DNA of 63,759 nucleotides, the filler included, from Kipferlia bialata (Eukaryota), in assembly GCA_003568945.1 (NCBI GenBank). It is 8 parts of 8 records of this genome, joined end to end, with 100 filler letters (N's around TTAATTAATTAA, not from the genome) between each part and the next. Parts side by side here need not be neighbours in the genome. Positions count along the whole stretch, not along the records: positions 24,941 to 35,059 come from BDIP01001494.1; positions 35,160 to 45,277 come from BDIP01001495.1; 6 more parts are not named here. One strand, 5' to 3'. The notes under the pieces were generated by a model that had not been told where the DNA came from, made no database searches, and saw only the letters and a list, made by a program, of their open reading frames with translations. Below are positions 25,253-39,000 of the stretch, piece after piece. A program made the position numbers and the translations under genes. Numbering within the stretch: the stretch's first letter is position 1; every line of letters starts with the position of its first letter.

Positions 25253-27130
25253 CTACCTGGTTGCCGTAGTGCAGTCGAGGGGCACCGTCCTCGTAGCTGA
25301 TGGCAGTGGCGTCTGGGAGCTCCTTCTGGATCTCTCCGATCTTGGCCTGGATATGAGACACATTCCTTCATAAGAGGAGGGGAACTGAATGGAGTATATT
25401 TCGCAACATTAGGTGCACTATCTGAGTTACCTGGCGCCACCATCCAAGTCTAGATGCAGCTAGTGCGTCCTTGCACCCCAGACGCATCTGTGTTAGTGGC
25501 GTAGTGTCACAATACCGGATTGTCACCATACTGTATTGCACAACGATCAAAGACTGAAATCTATGTACCAAGAAGTATATGGTACTAGCAAGTATTTGTG
25601 GTGCTGTAAGAGTAGAACGCTTGGTATACTGAGTGGAAATGATTGATGTCTTACACCACTCTTATTACAAGCAAAGCTATACTTATATGAAGAGAAAACC
25701 ACCATTATAGAAGCGAAACTCCTTCCCGTATACATGGCCAACTCGACATGTCTTACCTGCAGCAACTTAGCACCCTTCCCATAGGGGTCAGCGGCACCCG
25801 CCTCTGCACCCCACACACCCAGTCTGTGGTGAGGGGTGACAATTCTAATTCATAAGGTGTCCACACTTGGCAATCACGAACAAATACTAATAGGCCGTGA
25901 TACATAATGATAACAGTATCATATTCTGTGACAGAATATGGAGTGGCTCACTGACACAGACAACATAGATACGCAGTACGTATCATCCACCCCACCTTGG
26001 GGTCATTTCTGCATATGCAGATATCTGCCTCACCACTGATGCGGAGAGGGGGTACACATACTCTACAACTCTGCACAGGTCCCTGTCACCTGGGGGTATT
26101 CTGTGACAAGTCAAGTAGTATCAACACGTAGTAGTAGGAAATTCCTACTTGGAATATACCCATAGACACGAACACCATAGATGAGGTTGTCAAGATCTCA
26201 TAGTAAATATTCACCTGTGAATAGTGGGTCTATCTTGCACATAGGAACCCGATTCTTCTTGCTCCTGAGTATCATGACAATTATCAAGGACAATCATTTA
26301 CAGCAAATCGTTGGACAATGACACTGAAATAGACTGACTAGATCTGGATCTCAATTCCTTATGAGTGGTATGTTAGATATTCAGTATCTCACCATCTGAC
26401 AGCCTCCTTCAGGTACTGTTGTGCCGTGATCATACCCAGTGCAGGAGTAGTGTTGGCTGCGCACACGGCCTCGGGAGAGAGGTCCCCAGTCTGTGCCTAG
26501 TATGAGTGGAAGCAAGGGCATGGTACATATATACTCAATATGATATAGAGGAGTAACGTTATCAGTATCAGTATCATCATGATACTGGTAGTTAGTTAAC
26601 TAGCAGTGCTACTCTAGTACTGGGACAAGAATAGTTAGTCAGTGAACACTTTTGATACCTCCAGAGAAACCGCGACCAGTGGACTAATACCGAAAATGCC
26701 TATATGCTAACCTCACAGTCTGCAGACGCCATCATTCAACACAAGCCTGACCATACCGAAAATGTAGCATACATTTCCACCTATACTTTACTCTACGACA
26801 TCATATATATATCCAGATACCATCTCCGAGAGTCTGCAGAGCCCTTCCATGGGTGTTCTGAGCTGGGTCATCATGGCAAGGGCCTGGGGGTACTGGAACA
26901 TGAGGACATCAAGTTAATAATAGTAATATAATAGTAATATTATACTAGTAATATATAATAGTAATATAATAATATACTGGGTCATCATGGCAAGGGCCTG
27001 GGGGTACTGGGGGGTGAGGGGTTCAACACAGAGAGATTTTGCGAATATACATATAGTGAGAATATAGTAATGACATAAACACATACATAAATTAACATAA
27101 GTCTAAAAATATAAATACATTCATATATAT

Positions 27131-27162
<32 letters not shown>

Positions 27163-27692
27163 TAGATCATCGGGCCAGGGAGTACTAGGAATGAGGACAT
27201 CAACGTAGAGAGATAGTGTCATAGAGCGATGCTTGGAAAGTGTGACTCAGTTGAAATGAATGGTATCACAGTCTGGGGGTACTGGAGGGGAGGATGTCAA
27301 CAAAGACTCTGTGTCACAGAGACATGATGCAAAACTATATACAATAACACTCCTAGATTAAGACAAGACCACCGTACCAACTCGTCAGAGACCTGAAGGG
27401 GCGCCTCATACCCAAAGCGGTTAACCTTCTTTCTTCTTCCAGTAGATGTTGTGCCCCTAGACACAGGTGTATGGGATGTATGTGATGGGAGCCTAGTGGC
27501 AGGCACACCACTTGTAAGTAGAGACTTCTGAGAGGGCTTCTTCTCTGTTGTAGTGGGAGCCGGGTTAGACTGTGTCCCCCCTCCACTCTTGGTCTGCACC
27601 TTCTTGGTCGCCTTGGGTGTGGATATGGCAGCAAAGAAGAGGGCCCTCCTTCCCTTGCCCTTCCCCTTCTTCTGAGGTGTATTCCTCTCAGC
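25253..27692 (-). CDS. Hypothetical multi-exon protein with basic Ser/Thr-rich region
   Basis: Exons with CTNAC..CAG acceptors and GT donors: AERNTPQKKGKGK..., ALAMMTQLRTPMEGLCRLSEM, LGVWGAEAGAADPYGKGAKLLQ, MRLGCKDALAASRLGWWRQ, AKIGEIQKELPD...TATR*. One junction near 26085 is ambiguous; no family recognised. Confidence 0.5.
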
Positions 27693-28516
27693 CTGGGGTG
27701 AGACATAGTAATATCATTATACAAATATGGATAGTGGCAGAGTGGTAGAGACAACCTGTTGAGGGTGAGAATGGGAAGACATATTGGTATTCATAGTACT
27801 GATGAGTAGTAATTCCGTCTGTCTGTATGAAGAGGGGGGGGGGGTATAGACTATACCGTATAGTAGATTGGATTGAGCGACATAACACTCATGAGAGACC
27901 CCATACACACCACCCATACAGGTGTCTAATTGAAGACAAGACACAAGGTATGTGTGGACACGGTTGTATAGGATGTATAGAATGTATATAGCATGTGGGT
28001 GTGGAGCGCAGGGAAGGTGATCTGTGCCAAGTATTCTACAAATTGACACAGTTGTTCTTAATCACATTACTTTAACAGTACTCCCACAGTTTCACTGGAT
28101 CTAAGAGTTATATACAAACCCCCACAGCTACCATGGACTCTGCATACCTCTCCACTCATCGGGACAATTGGACAGTGTAAACAGCAACCAAATCTGAAAC
28201 ACATTAGATAAACCCTTTTCCAAGAGACGACTTATAAACCCTTATGTTCGATTCTGTTTGTCTATGATCCTTCCTCATATACTAGGTGGAAGTAGATAGA
28301 GAGTAGATATCTGGGGAGTTACACGCCGAGAAACAACTACTAGAGGGTCAATTACTGGTCATTCCTCTACTAGAACAATGGTACCATTGTCACACAGAGA
28401 AATGACAGTACCATATTGATCATGGAAAGAATCCACTCTATTCTACTGATACATACACGTTAAGTTCAGACAAATACAATGTCCGAACCATTTAGGCAAC
28501 TCCTATCCGTGCCACT

Positions 28517-29496
28517 CTATAGGACCTCAATTACAGAGTCATCAGTGAGTGTCTCCACCACCACATATGTGGCCTCTACACCCTTAAATGCCCAGCCCAG
28601 CCACTTGCCAAGGTCACTCTCTCCCTCTGACTCTGCCTCCACTCCTAGCATACCCCACTCTCTCTCTCCCTCGCCTGTAACGGAGAGAGAGGACGGCTTG
28701 ATACAGAAACCGATGTCGGCCAGGGGCTTGGTACATACCTATGGGTGAGATAGGAGGCGGTCGAAACCCTCATTGGACTTGTATTTGTATAGCGTGTATA
28801 AATGCCTATACATACCTGTCCCTTCTTCCTGTTACTCTGGGATGTCCCCCTCCCTGTCTCAGCCAGACTGCTCTGCATCTCAGCCTCACCCATGGCACGG
28901 TGGACCCTGGGAGTAAGGGATGCAATGCATTAATGCACCAATAATAAACATGATTAACACATGTAATACACGTATAAATATATATATAATATCATATGGA
29001 TACCTAATGACCACTGCCACCTCATCTCCAAAGTGGATACTACATAATTAGGTATATATATATATATATATGCATATAACACAGTGCGCCATGTATATGT
29101 ATATGTACATACTAGTACCTTATGACCACTGCGACCTCGTCTCCAAAGTGGATGGGGGGCCCATAGAACTCAGAGACAATGTCTGAGAGACCTGGGATCA
29201 GCAGAAGTTAACACTGGTAAATACATGAATACATGAATACATAGAGATAGTAGAGAGTGACACAGCGTATAGAACTCAGAGACAATGTCAGAGAGACTCT
29301 AGGATCAGACAGAGTTCATAATTCACCAGTATGGATATGTATGAAGAATATAGGATAGGTGTTAACTATTAGTCACCTATTCTGGCCATTCCGCACTGTG
29401 TCTCATTGACCTCTAGGATACCAGTGGAGGCTATGGGACGGACCGGAAGACCGCTGGTATTAGAGCATAGTACACACACACACACACACACAGGTG

Positions 29497-29536
<40 letters not shown>

Positions 29537-32337
29537 CGAATTGAGAGAGAGAGAGAGAAAGCTTCTTTTCTGGGTACTGACCTTGGGTTAACAAGTGTCG
29601 ACCGTGCCAGCTTGCTCTGTCCCTTGGACACAGATGTGGACACAGACTGGGCAGAGGAGCAGGAGTACCTAGGCGTCAGTTGCTGATAGAATGCATATAT
29701 ATATGCAGAGGTATATATAAGGTACCGTAGTGGGCATACATATGGACACACTACTATATTTATACATATACACATATATATATACTATTGTACCTCTGCA
29801 CCCTGCTCTTGCGTCTAGTGGACATACATATGGACACACTATTACTATTATACACTAACTCAATGCATATATATGTATATGTATGTATATATATCCATAC
29901 CTCTGCACCCTGCTCTTCCATATATATACACTGTATGTATACATCCCATATATATCCTATATATCATACATTATATCATATATATACATTATATATATAC
30001 ACTATATATACCTCTGCACCCTGCTCTTCCGCCTAGTGATGGACCGCATGGGATGGCCTCCATACAGGTACATGCAGCGCTGGAGAGTGAGGAGAAGATA
30101 TAAAGAACACGTACTCACTAAGGCAATGGTAAGAAAGTGTTATCATTTATGCTACATATGTATATACCTGTTCCACCGATGTCTTTGCTGTTGAGAAGCC
30201 CCTGCCAGCCACACCCAGGGACACCCCTGGGGTGAGGGTCAATACAAGAATATATATATATATATATATAGTAATGCGGATAGAATGATATGCACAATCC
30301 ACTGCCAGCCACAGACACACCTGGGGGTGAGTGATATATGCATATAGAGAAAGAGGAGAAGGAAGCGGTAGGAAGTGGAATTCTAAACACTACCTACACA
30401 TCTACATACTATTCAGCACGTATCAACAGAAGAATAGTATGCGCATAGATAAATAACATATAGTATCACTTGCCGTACCCAGTGGCTGTCCGTGCTGCTT
30501 GGCCTGTGTGTCTGGACTGCCCTTGCCATGGATCTGAGGTTAGGGGAGGAGTAGAGGGGATACAAATACACATATAAATAAATAAATGTGTGGGCGCTGC
30601 CAGGGATCTACGGATAAGTGAGAGAAAGAGATATCCTGCTCAGCCTTGATATGCAAAGGAACAAACCAGACACAATATACCTTGAATCTGACTATATAGA
30701 CCCCAGCTACTTTGCTGCCCAGGTCTTATATCGAAGGAAGTGATATACAATATATACTTGAATATATACTTGACCCCACCTTGAATCTGACAATGTACAC
30801 CCCAGCTGCTGTGCTGCCGAGTCTTGTAGATGCAGGTGAGCAGCACATGAGCATGGCCTTATCACCAACAGGGTCAGTGGATCTATCAACCAGGGGGGGT
30901 AGGCTGTCCTGGGGTGAACAAGAAATGTATACATAGAGAATCTTAGTAATACTCAGATAGATAAATGAAATAGGTGGTACATATACATAACACCGAACCT
31001 CAGGGTACCCACTGGCAATCATGGCCTTGCGGTGCTTCCTCTCTCTCTCCCTGACCACCTCTCTCTCTCTCTCCTCCTTGCCCCTGCACACAATGTAGTG
31101 GGACTCAGTGGCTAGGTCGACGTCTATTGTTAGAATATATAGAGATAAATATGGTACACACATGCTCACTATAATGCATATACATGTTTGATCTACTCTA
31201 TATATACACATACTAACATGTATGTGGTGGGACTCAGTGGCTAGGTCAACGTCTGAAGGGTGAGTATAGAATACACTGAATACATCCATGGCTTACTGGA
31301 AAATACATATAGTGTGTAATGTGTACATAGTATATGTAGTATACATACATATACATAGTATACACACATAAATATCATGCACATTCAATTCACCACTACC
31401 TGTCAGCACCATTGGGTCCCCTCAGGCTATATATGTATACATATTCAGTGCATATAATAAATGTACAGTACATACATGTATTGATATATACCTATACACT
31501 TATGTATATGTATACATTACCTGTCAGCACCATTGGGTCCCCACTGGGTGGTGCTGGTATGGTACCAATGGGGGTGGAGGGGGTGGAGGAGGACTTGATG
31601 CCCAGGTGCCTAGAGGGTAAGAGTCAACAAAGAGTTGAACCACAAAGAGACATCTGATACTGTCAGGGAATCCACCACCTGTAGTTGTGTTGATGGTCAG
31701 GAAGATACACAAATACAAGACGGGCAAATCCTACTTGTAGTTATACATACATATATAGTATACATACATATATAGTTTCCCTACCTTAGCTTTGCGGAAG
31801 ATAGTGATGCCGACATGGTGTTGTTGGCCAGGAAGGGGTTGCCACTACCCTGAGGGTGAGGGAGAGACATAGAAGAGGGATAGAAAAGATACAACTACAT
31901 ATATAGATATAGAATTCAATTCTAACATTCACACCTTGGCACTCTTTGTGGATAGATGTCCTCTGGGTATCCTGACCATACAGACTAACACTATATATAC
32001 AATATATACATATATGTATTTATATATATATACACCTTTGTACTCTTAGTGGATAGATGTCCCCTGGGTATCCTCAACATACAATGACCATCGGCCAGGG
32101 AGTCGGTGTGGAAGTAGTGCACCTGGGGGTAAGTACATAGGACCCCAAAGTAATTATATGTATATAGAATATCTATAGACAGTGTAAAAGTAGTGGACCT
32201 GGGAGTAAGTACTACTGATACTCTTACTCAAGCTAGAAAACAACTATACCTTGCACTCTATGGGGTGTGACACCATCTGGCCACTGGAACTGACCCTGAT
32301 GCTGTAGAGGCCTAGGGTGAGAGGCATACACTATATT

Positions 32338-32378
<41 letters not shown>

Positions 32379-32680
32379 CTGCACTATACACACCAATCCA
32401 TTCCAAATTGGAATCCAATACCTGATAATGGGAACTGCACGTCTGCCTCCCAGTAGTCTGAATATACCACCCCATGTCCATATACATATAGAGTGTATAT
32501 ATCTACATAATACATATAAACATATATATATATAGTACCTGACAACGGAAATTGGACGTCTGCCTCCCAGTAGTCTGGATACACTATCCCATGCCCATCC
32601 TCCCTGTCATCACTGCCAGGTGCAGAGGCACAGATGTCCCACACACGCTCACGCTCATAGCTACCAGAGACTCTGAGCAT
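28517..32680 (-). CDS. Hypothetical multi-exon protein
   Basis: Starts MLRVSGSYERERVWDIC..YPDYWEADVQFPLS; many small GT-AG exons; last exon ..KWLGWAFKGVEATYVVVETLTDDSVIEVL* (TAG 28517-28519). Some internal phases were not verified. Confidence 0.55.
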
Positions 32681-32785
32681 CAGGTGTAACTATTGACAAT
32701 TGCATTCTTCTAGTAGAATGAAGGTAAAAATAATGCTCAAGCTACAAATAACGCTGAGCATCCGGTACAAACTACCAATATGTAC

Positions 32786-35017
32786 TTAAGACGCTGGGGG
32801 AGACACCCACCTCGTGAACTCCAGTGTTGATGTAATGTTTGGATGGCTCCTGTGCACCAGCTGTGCCTTGGGGGCAGGGAGGGAGACCTGGGGTCAGGAA
32901 ATGTATATATGTGAATGAATATATATTATGGTACAATAACACTCGGCATCTATGCATCCGCAGGGAGGGAGACCTGGAGTCATGAACGTCAAGGTTTCTA
33001 ACAGATACATTGTATATTCATTTGATATATAGAGGTTGAATATAATATATAGAATACACACACACACCCATATATATATATATATATACATTATATATAC
33101 ATTATATATACATTATATACATCATCAAGTACCTGCACTCTGGATGCCCCCACCAGTCTGACTGGCTTTGTAAAAAGGAGAGATAACAATATATATCATT
33201 ACAACATATATTGTAGATACATACAATCAATACAATATTTAGTACCTGCACTCTGGATGCCCCCACCAGTCTGACTGACTTCGTATAATGGACACTATAT
33301 ATTATATCGCTTGAACAGACATTGTATATTGCAGTATATACTATATGTATATGTATTACGGACCTGCACTCTGGATGCCCCCACCAGCCTGACTGGCTTG
33401 CTCTTCATACAATAATATAAACCCATGGTAGTCTCATAATAGTATACATACAATGAACTCAATACCATATAATGTACCTGCACTCTGGATGCCCCCACCA
33501 GTCTGACTGGCTTGGTGTCTGGATCGATGATGGGACCTGTGGTTAGAAGATACAATAGCACTGCAACACATAATAAAGTAGTATGTATATTCAATACATG
33601 ATATACACTTATTGATCCACGATGGGACCTGGGGTCAGACGGTACAACATGCATATATTACATACACATGAAGAATTACTGAATGATTCTATAGTCACTA
33701 TACATCCACCGCAACACTTACCTGAGGTGAACATATAGTCAATATTATATATATATATATACATATTCATACACTGACCTGGTGACACCACCGTCTCCAC
33801 TCCGTTGTGTGCTATGGATACAACACGGATGCGGCACTTGGTACCGGCTGGGGCATTAGTCAAGAAATATTTAAAAAACAAATACATTTAGAGATATGTA
33901 TTAGAGAGAGAGAGAAGACCGGTACCACTCAAACGCAGATGCGGCACTTGGTACCGGCTGAGGCATGAGACAACATAACAACAATGAATTCACAGGAGAA
34001 ATAAGTAATAGACAGCACCAATGTATATACATAGAGAAAACAAACACCGATATCACTCAACCACAGATGCGGCACCTGCTGAAGTATGAGAATAGTTAAG
34101 TCAACCAAGCAGCACAAAGAAACACTACATGGCTACTCTTGGAAACAGTACATCCAGAGTACAAATATCGTATTTGTACCTGTGGACACGTGGTTGGGAC
34201 ATGATATGCGTATCTCCCTGGTGCACTGCTGGGCATCTCTGTCCAGGATGGGGTCATGGTCTAGATAGGTGGAGCCTATGGTGAGTATATATATATATAT
34301 ATATATATGGGGTATGTATGTAGTCTCTGTCCAGGATGGGGTCATGGTCTAGATAGGTAGAACCTATGGTGAGTAAATGTATGATCACACATACAGAGAA
34401 GGCTTCCACATAGGAATATCCATGTATAGTTTACTAGGATGGGGTCATGGTCCAGGTAGGTGGAACCGGGTATTAGCAACAGTCATCATTATGTGTAGAA
34501 CTATAATCAAATATCACAAACGCACCTCATTACATTATATATATTATGACAAGGTATGAATAGTAATATTGTGTAATATAATCATATGAATATGTACCTG
34601 GAATTGCGGGCAGTCTGTCTGGGAATGGGATGCCCATCTCATCACACACGGCTAGGATCTCAAGGTCCTGGAGGGTAAGTACAATTAGAGTATGCATAAA
34701 TGTATCGGTATGAACATAACTCGTCACACACTCACTTTGTTTGCCTCATCCATCTCCAAAAACTCTTCTGAATATATTATATATATATATGTGTGTGTGT
34801 GTACTTACCATTATCAGATAATACAATACATACCTTTGCTCTGATTGCCTCCTCCATCTCCAGTAACTCCTTCCTTGTGGCCTCGTTCTGTCTCCTGCCC
34901 CTCTCGAGGGTCTGATATGAGTATGATACCGTCACCCATATGATAAACTATATATATTATGTATATGATATATAATTAGTATGGCGACTCGTTCTGTCTC
35001 CTGTCCCTCTCGAGGGT
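32786..35017 (-). CDS. 3' part of a hypothetical protein (coiled coil followed by beta-rich domain)
   Basis: Spliced TLERGRRQNEATRKELLEMEEAIRAK|DLEILAVCDEMGIPFPDRLPAIP|GSTYLDHDPIL..|AGTKCRIRVVSIAHNGVETVVSP|GPIIDPDTKPVRLVGASRVQ|VSLPAPK..WVSPPAS*. Confidence 0.6.
33131..33515 (-). repeat. Four copies of exon 3' end + donor (AAGCCAGTCAGACTGGTGGGGGCATCCAGAGTGCAG|GT)
   Basis: Copies begin at 33131, 33244, 33362 and 33476 on the + strand; only the 33476 copy belongs to a complete exon. Confidence 0.95.
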
Positions 35018-35159
35018 CTGGGGGTGAGGATAGATATCATGTATTGGTATCACAGATACNNNNNNNNNNNNNNNNNNNNNNNNNNNNNNNNNNNNNNNNN
35101 NNNTTAATTAATTAANNNNNNNNNNNNNNNNNNNNNNNNNNNNNNNNNNNNNNNNNNNN

Positions 35160-35166
35160 TAAGGGT

Positions 35167-35214
<48 letters not shown>

Positions 35215-36051
35215 CAGGGGGGCGAATGAACCTCCTCTGACGGTAAGGGTGTAGAATGAGATAGAGAGATAGAGAGAGAGAGAGGGAGAAGTGAGTGCAC
35301 CTTGTGAACAGTCCTACCACAGCCGGTACCAGTGACACAAGGGTGCTGAAGGATATTACTAGGACAGACTGAGGGGTTAGATATAGAATTACGTATATTG
35401 ATATATATATATATATATATATATGTATACTCACATATCTGTGCTGAAGCCTATGACTAGGACAGACTGATGGTAAAGCGTAGAATAGTAATGAATAATA
35501 ATACACATACAAAAGATATATGAATACTGGAACTACAAAAGGTGCAATTAGGGACTGGAGATAGACACACAAAGTGGACACTTGAAAGTACAATTATTTG
35601 TGAAGACACTGAATGGAAGTGTATCAGACACTGATACTGATACTGAAGTGCTTGAAACTCACCAGGATGTCGGGCAGTGTGTACATGTTGACCAGACTCT
35701 CATTGACTGTCTGGGGGGTCAGAAATAGTCAGAAGAGAGACATACGGAGAGACAAAAGAAGGAATGCAGATATACAGAGATAGAGACATGGATACACACT
35801 CACCAGGATAGCGAGTATTATACTGAACGCAGTGTAGACCTGGACACTCTGGTGGGACTCAAGGGCCCTGGGGGTGAGGACACTAACGATATATATATAT
35901 ATATAGATATATATCTGTCTATCCAGAGAGAGAGTGGAGTAGAGGAGTAAGGTGGGAGTATAGTATTGGAATAATTGTATCAGTATGGTGTCACCTCGTG
36001 CTGAGTGCGTTGACTATGACGCTACATATGGACAGATGTAAATATCTGCTA

Positions 36052-36088
<37 letters not shown>

Positions 36089-39000
36089 CTTGCTGAGTGC
36101 ATTGACTGTGACGCTGCACAGGGACAGGATGCATATATATGTTGATGTATTATATATACATATATATATATACCTCTTTGACAGTGCGTTGACTGTGACA
36201 CTGCACAGGGACAGAATGCAGACAAGGGTGCACTGCACAGTGGTGCGTAGCCTGGGGGTAGATATGTGTTTCCCATAGAGATATTATCAAAGGAGAGTGG
36301 TACAGAGTCTATGGGGTTAGGTACCTGTTGCGCCATCTGAAGAATCTGATGAGCCTCCTGGATGCCTGGGGGGCAAGGCCTGGGTGTTAGGGGGTGGAGT
36401 CATCTGAAAGGATAAGGAAGGTATAGTACACATACCCCGTGTCCCCATATTCATTGTAGGCTCCATACACACACTGCATGTGCAAGATATCTGGTATACC
36501 ATAAAAATAGAGAGTATATTATATATACTACAATACACTAGTATAGACCCATACGCACCTGGCGTCTCTGGGTATAGTGCCGCCTCTAGATATGCCATGA
36601 CACCATATATTAGACACAGTATACTATACTATGTATATATACAATACATATATATTTACCTGGTGTCTCTGGGTATAGTGCCTCCTCTAGATATGCCATG
36701 ACACCATATATTAGAAACAGTATACTATGTATACACACAATATACATATATCAACCTGGTGTCTCTGGGTATAGTGCCTCCTCCAGATATGCCATGACCC
36801 GTCTGGACAGAGAGTGCAAGGTGAGACGGACCTCAGCAATCCTGTGGCATAAGCAACATACGCAAAGGCAAATGTGTAGAGAAACATACAATTGGTGTAT
36901 AGAAAGTCAGTCGTCCTTTGGAAACCATTGAAAAAAGTAAAGATAACGAGAAATGATGACCACATAGCACTCTATACTGCAGAGTGTAGCATGTGTGAAC
37001 AAGGTGTGTGATACCTGCCGAGTACTAGGAGTGCTGCCAGGGCAAGGCAGACAGAGAGGAGGGTGTCCTAGGACGTGAGAGGGAGGGTTGAGTGGTATAT
37101 GAGAGAACTGAACACCGAAGTAGGGGGCCTGCACTGTATGTGAATGGCAGTATTTGTACAAATGACAGAGTGCGTATATACAGTGATGTGTCTGCACTAT
37201 ATCTACCCTCGTATACACACTCAATGTACCTCTGTCTCTGTCAGTGCATATGCCAGTGTGGCCATGCATATCACACCCTGTACTGCCAGAAGGACACAGG
37301 TCCTGGTCTGGTTCTGGCGGTGCTGGTGTTAGAAGGACAGTGGATACTAATATAGATGTCTGTACAAAAAGGGGCTAGATGTCAGGATACTTAGTTTACA
37401 AAGAATCAAAGAGTTCTTGTATATACGCAGTAACAACTAATAATAGTGAGTGTACTAGGGACACACCTTGAGCAGCGAGTGCATCACAATGTAGAAGGAG
37501 GATTGGACCTCTGTCTTGCACCCCTAGAGTCAGAGAGAGAGGAAACAGTAGATAACACTTGGCACTTCAGACATGTAGCAAATACCCTACTGGGTATACT
37601 ATCAGACGCAAGAGAGAGAGAGAGAGAGAGAGTACACATATTCGTACCAGCCTCATGACAGCAGGTACACACACACATAGAGAGAGAGAGAGAGAGAGAT
37701 AGAGAGAGAGAGGGAGAGAGAGTATGTACGTACCAGCCTCATGACAGCAGGCACACACATCAGGGCTAGGTATGCAGAGTGGGGGTGGGCATACTCCCGC
37801 TGCCAGTAGGTGCTGATGGGTCAGGATACACCTTACCAACACTGGTATTGAAGCAAGTGAAATATAGTACAGACATCAGTATATACCTCGTCAGCACATC
37901 CATAGCTGACACCTCCCCTGCCGGCCCAGTAAAGACATGACATGTACATACTATACTGAATGTATATCGCATATATATATATATATATATATGTACCTTG
38001 TGAGCACATCCATAGCTGACCCCTCCCCTGCTGGCCTAGTAAAGACATGACATGGACATACTATACTGAATGTATATCGCATATATATATGTATATATAT
38101 ATATGTACCTTGTGAGTACATCCATGGCTGACCCCTCCCCTGCTGGCCCAGAGGTCACAGCATCATACAGGCCCCTGGATATCAGTGGGATCCCATATAT
38201 GTATATGAGTATACAAAAAATAGAGACCTAGGTGTCAGTGGATATAGTAGTGGATATACATACGTAGAGAACAATATATTTCCACTATGCTGTCCATGAA
38301 TGCAACACATATCACCGATATATACCTCAGGTCATCCAGCATGCCCCTGTCTATCTGGGTCATATCCATATATATANNNNNNNNNNNNNNNNNNNNNNNN
38401 NNNNNNNNNNNNNNNNNNNNNNNNNNNNNNNNNNNNNNNNNNNNNNNNNNNNNNNNNNNNNNNNNNNNNNATAAATAAGAGTGTTGCATACCTCAGGTCA
38501 TCCAGCATGCCCCTGTCTATCTGGGCCATATCTATGGGACCGGGGGTGCTGGGGGTGTGGCCTACCGTCTCTCTCTCTCCCTCTGTCTCTGCCTCTGTCT
38601 CTGTGTCACTGTCTGACACATACTGGGCCTAATCATTAGAATAGTGTCATTAGAATAGCGTCATTAGAATAGTGTGATGTGTCAATACTGGACAAAATGC
38701 AATAATAATTAGAGAGCAGAAATACTATACCACTGACACACACAGCATACCTCAAGGTCATGTGCTCTAGATAGCACTACTAGGCCTCTGGCGCCTGTAG
38801 ACTCTCCCTCACTGGAGGTCGGGTCTGAGGGGTGAGGTTGGACAAAGGGTTTGTACAACTAGAATCTATTATCGAACTATAGAACAGCATGTTATATATG
38901 AAAGAAAATATCCATACCTGGTGTGTCCCTCTCCGACATGATCTGGTTGATATATGAATATATATAGATATATACATATACCCATACATATACACCCACA

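Noticed and set aside
26008..26028. Palindrome tctgcatatgcaga as another scar
   Set aside because: Lies within an apparently intact exon (VRQISAYAEMTPR) and does not fit the T/revcomp/T pattern.
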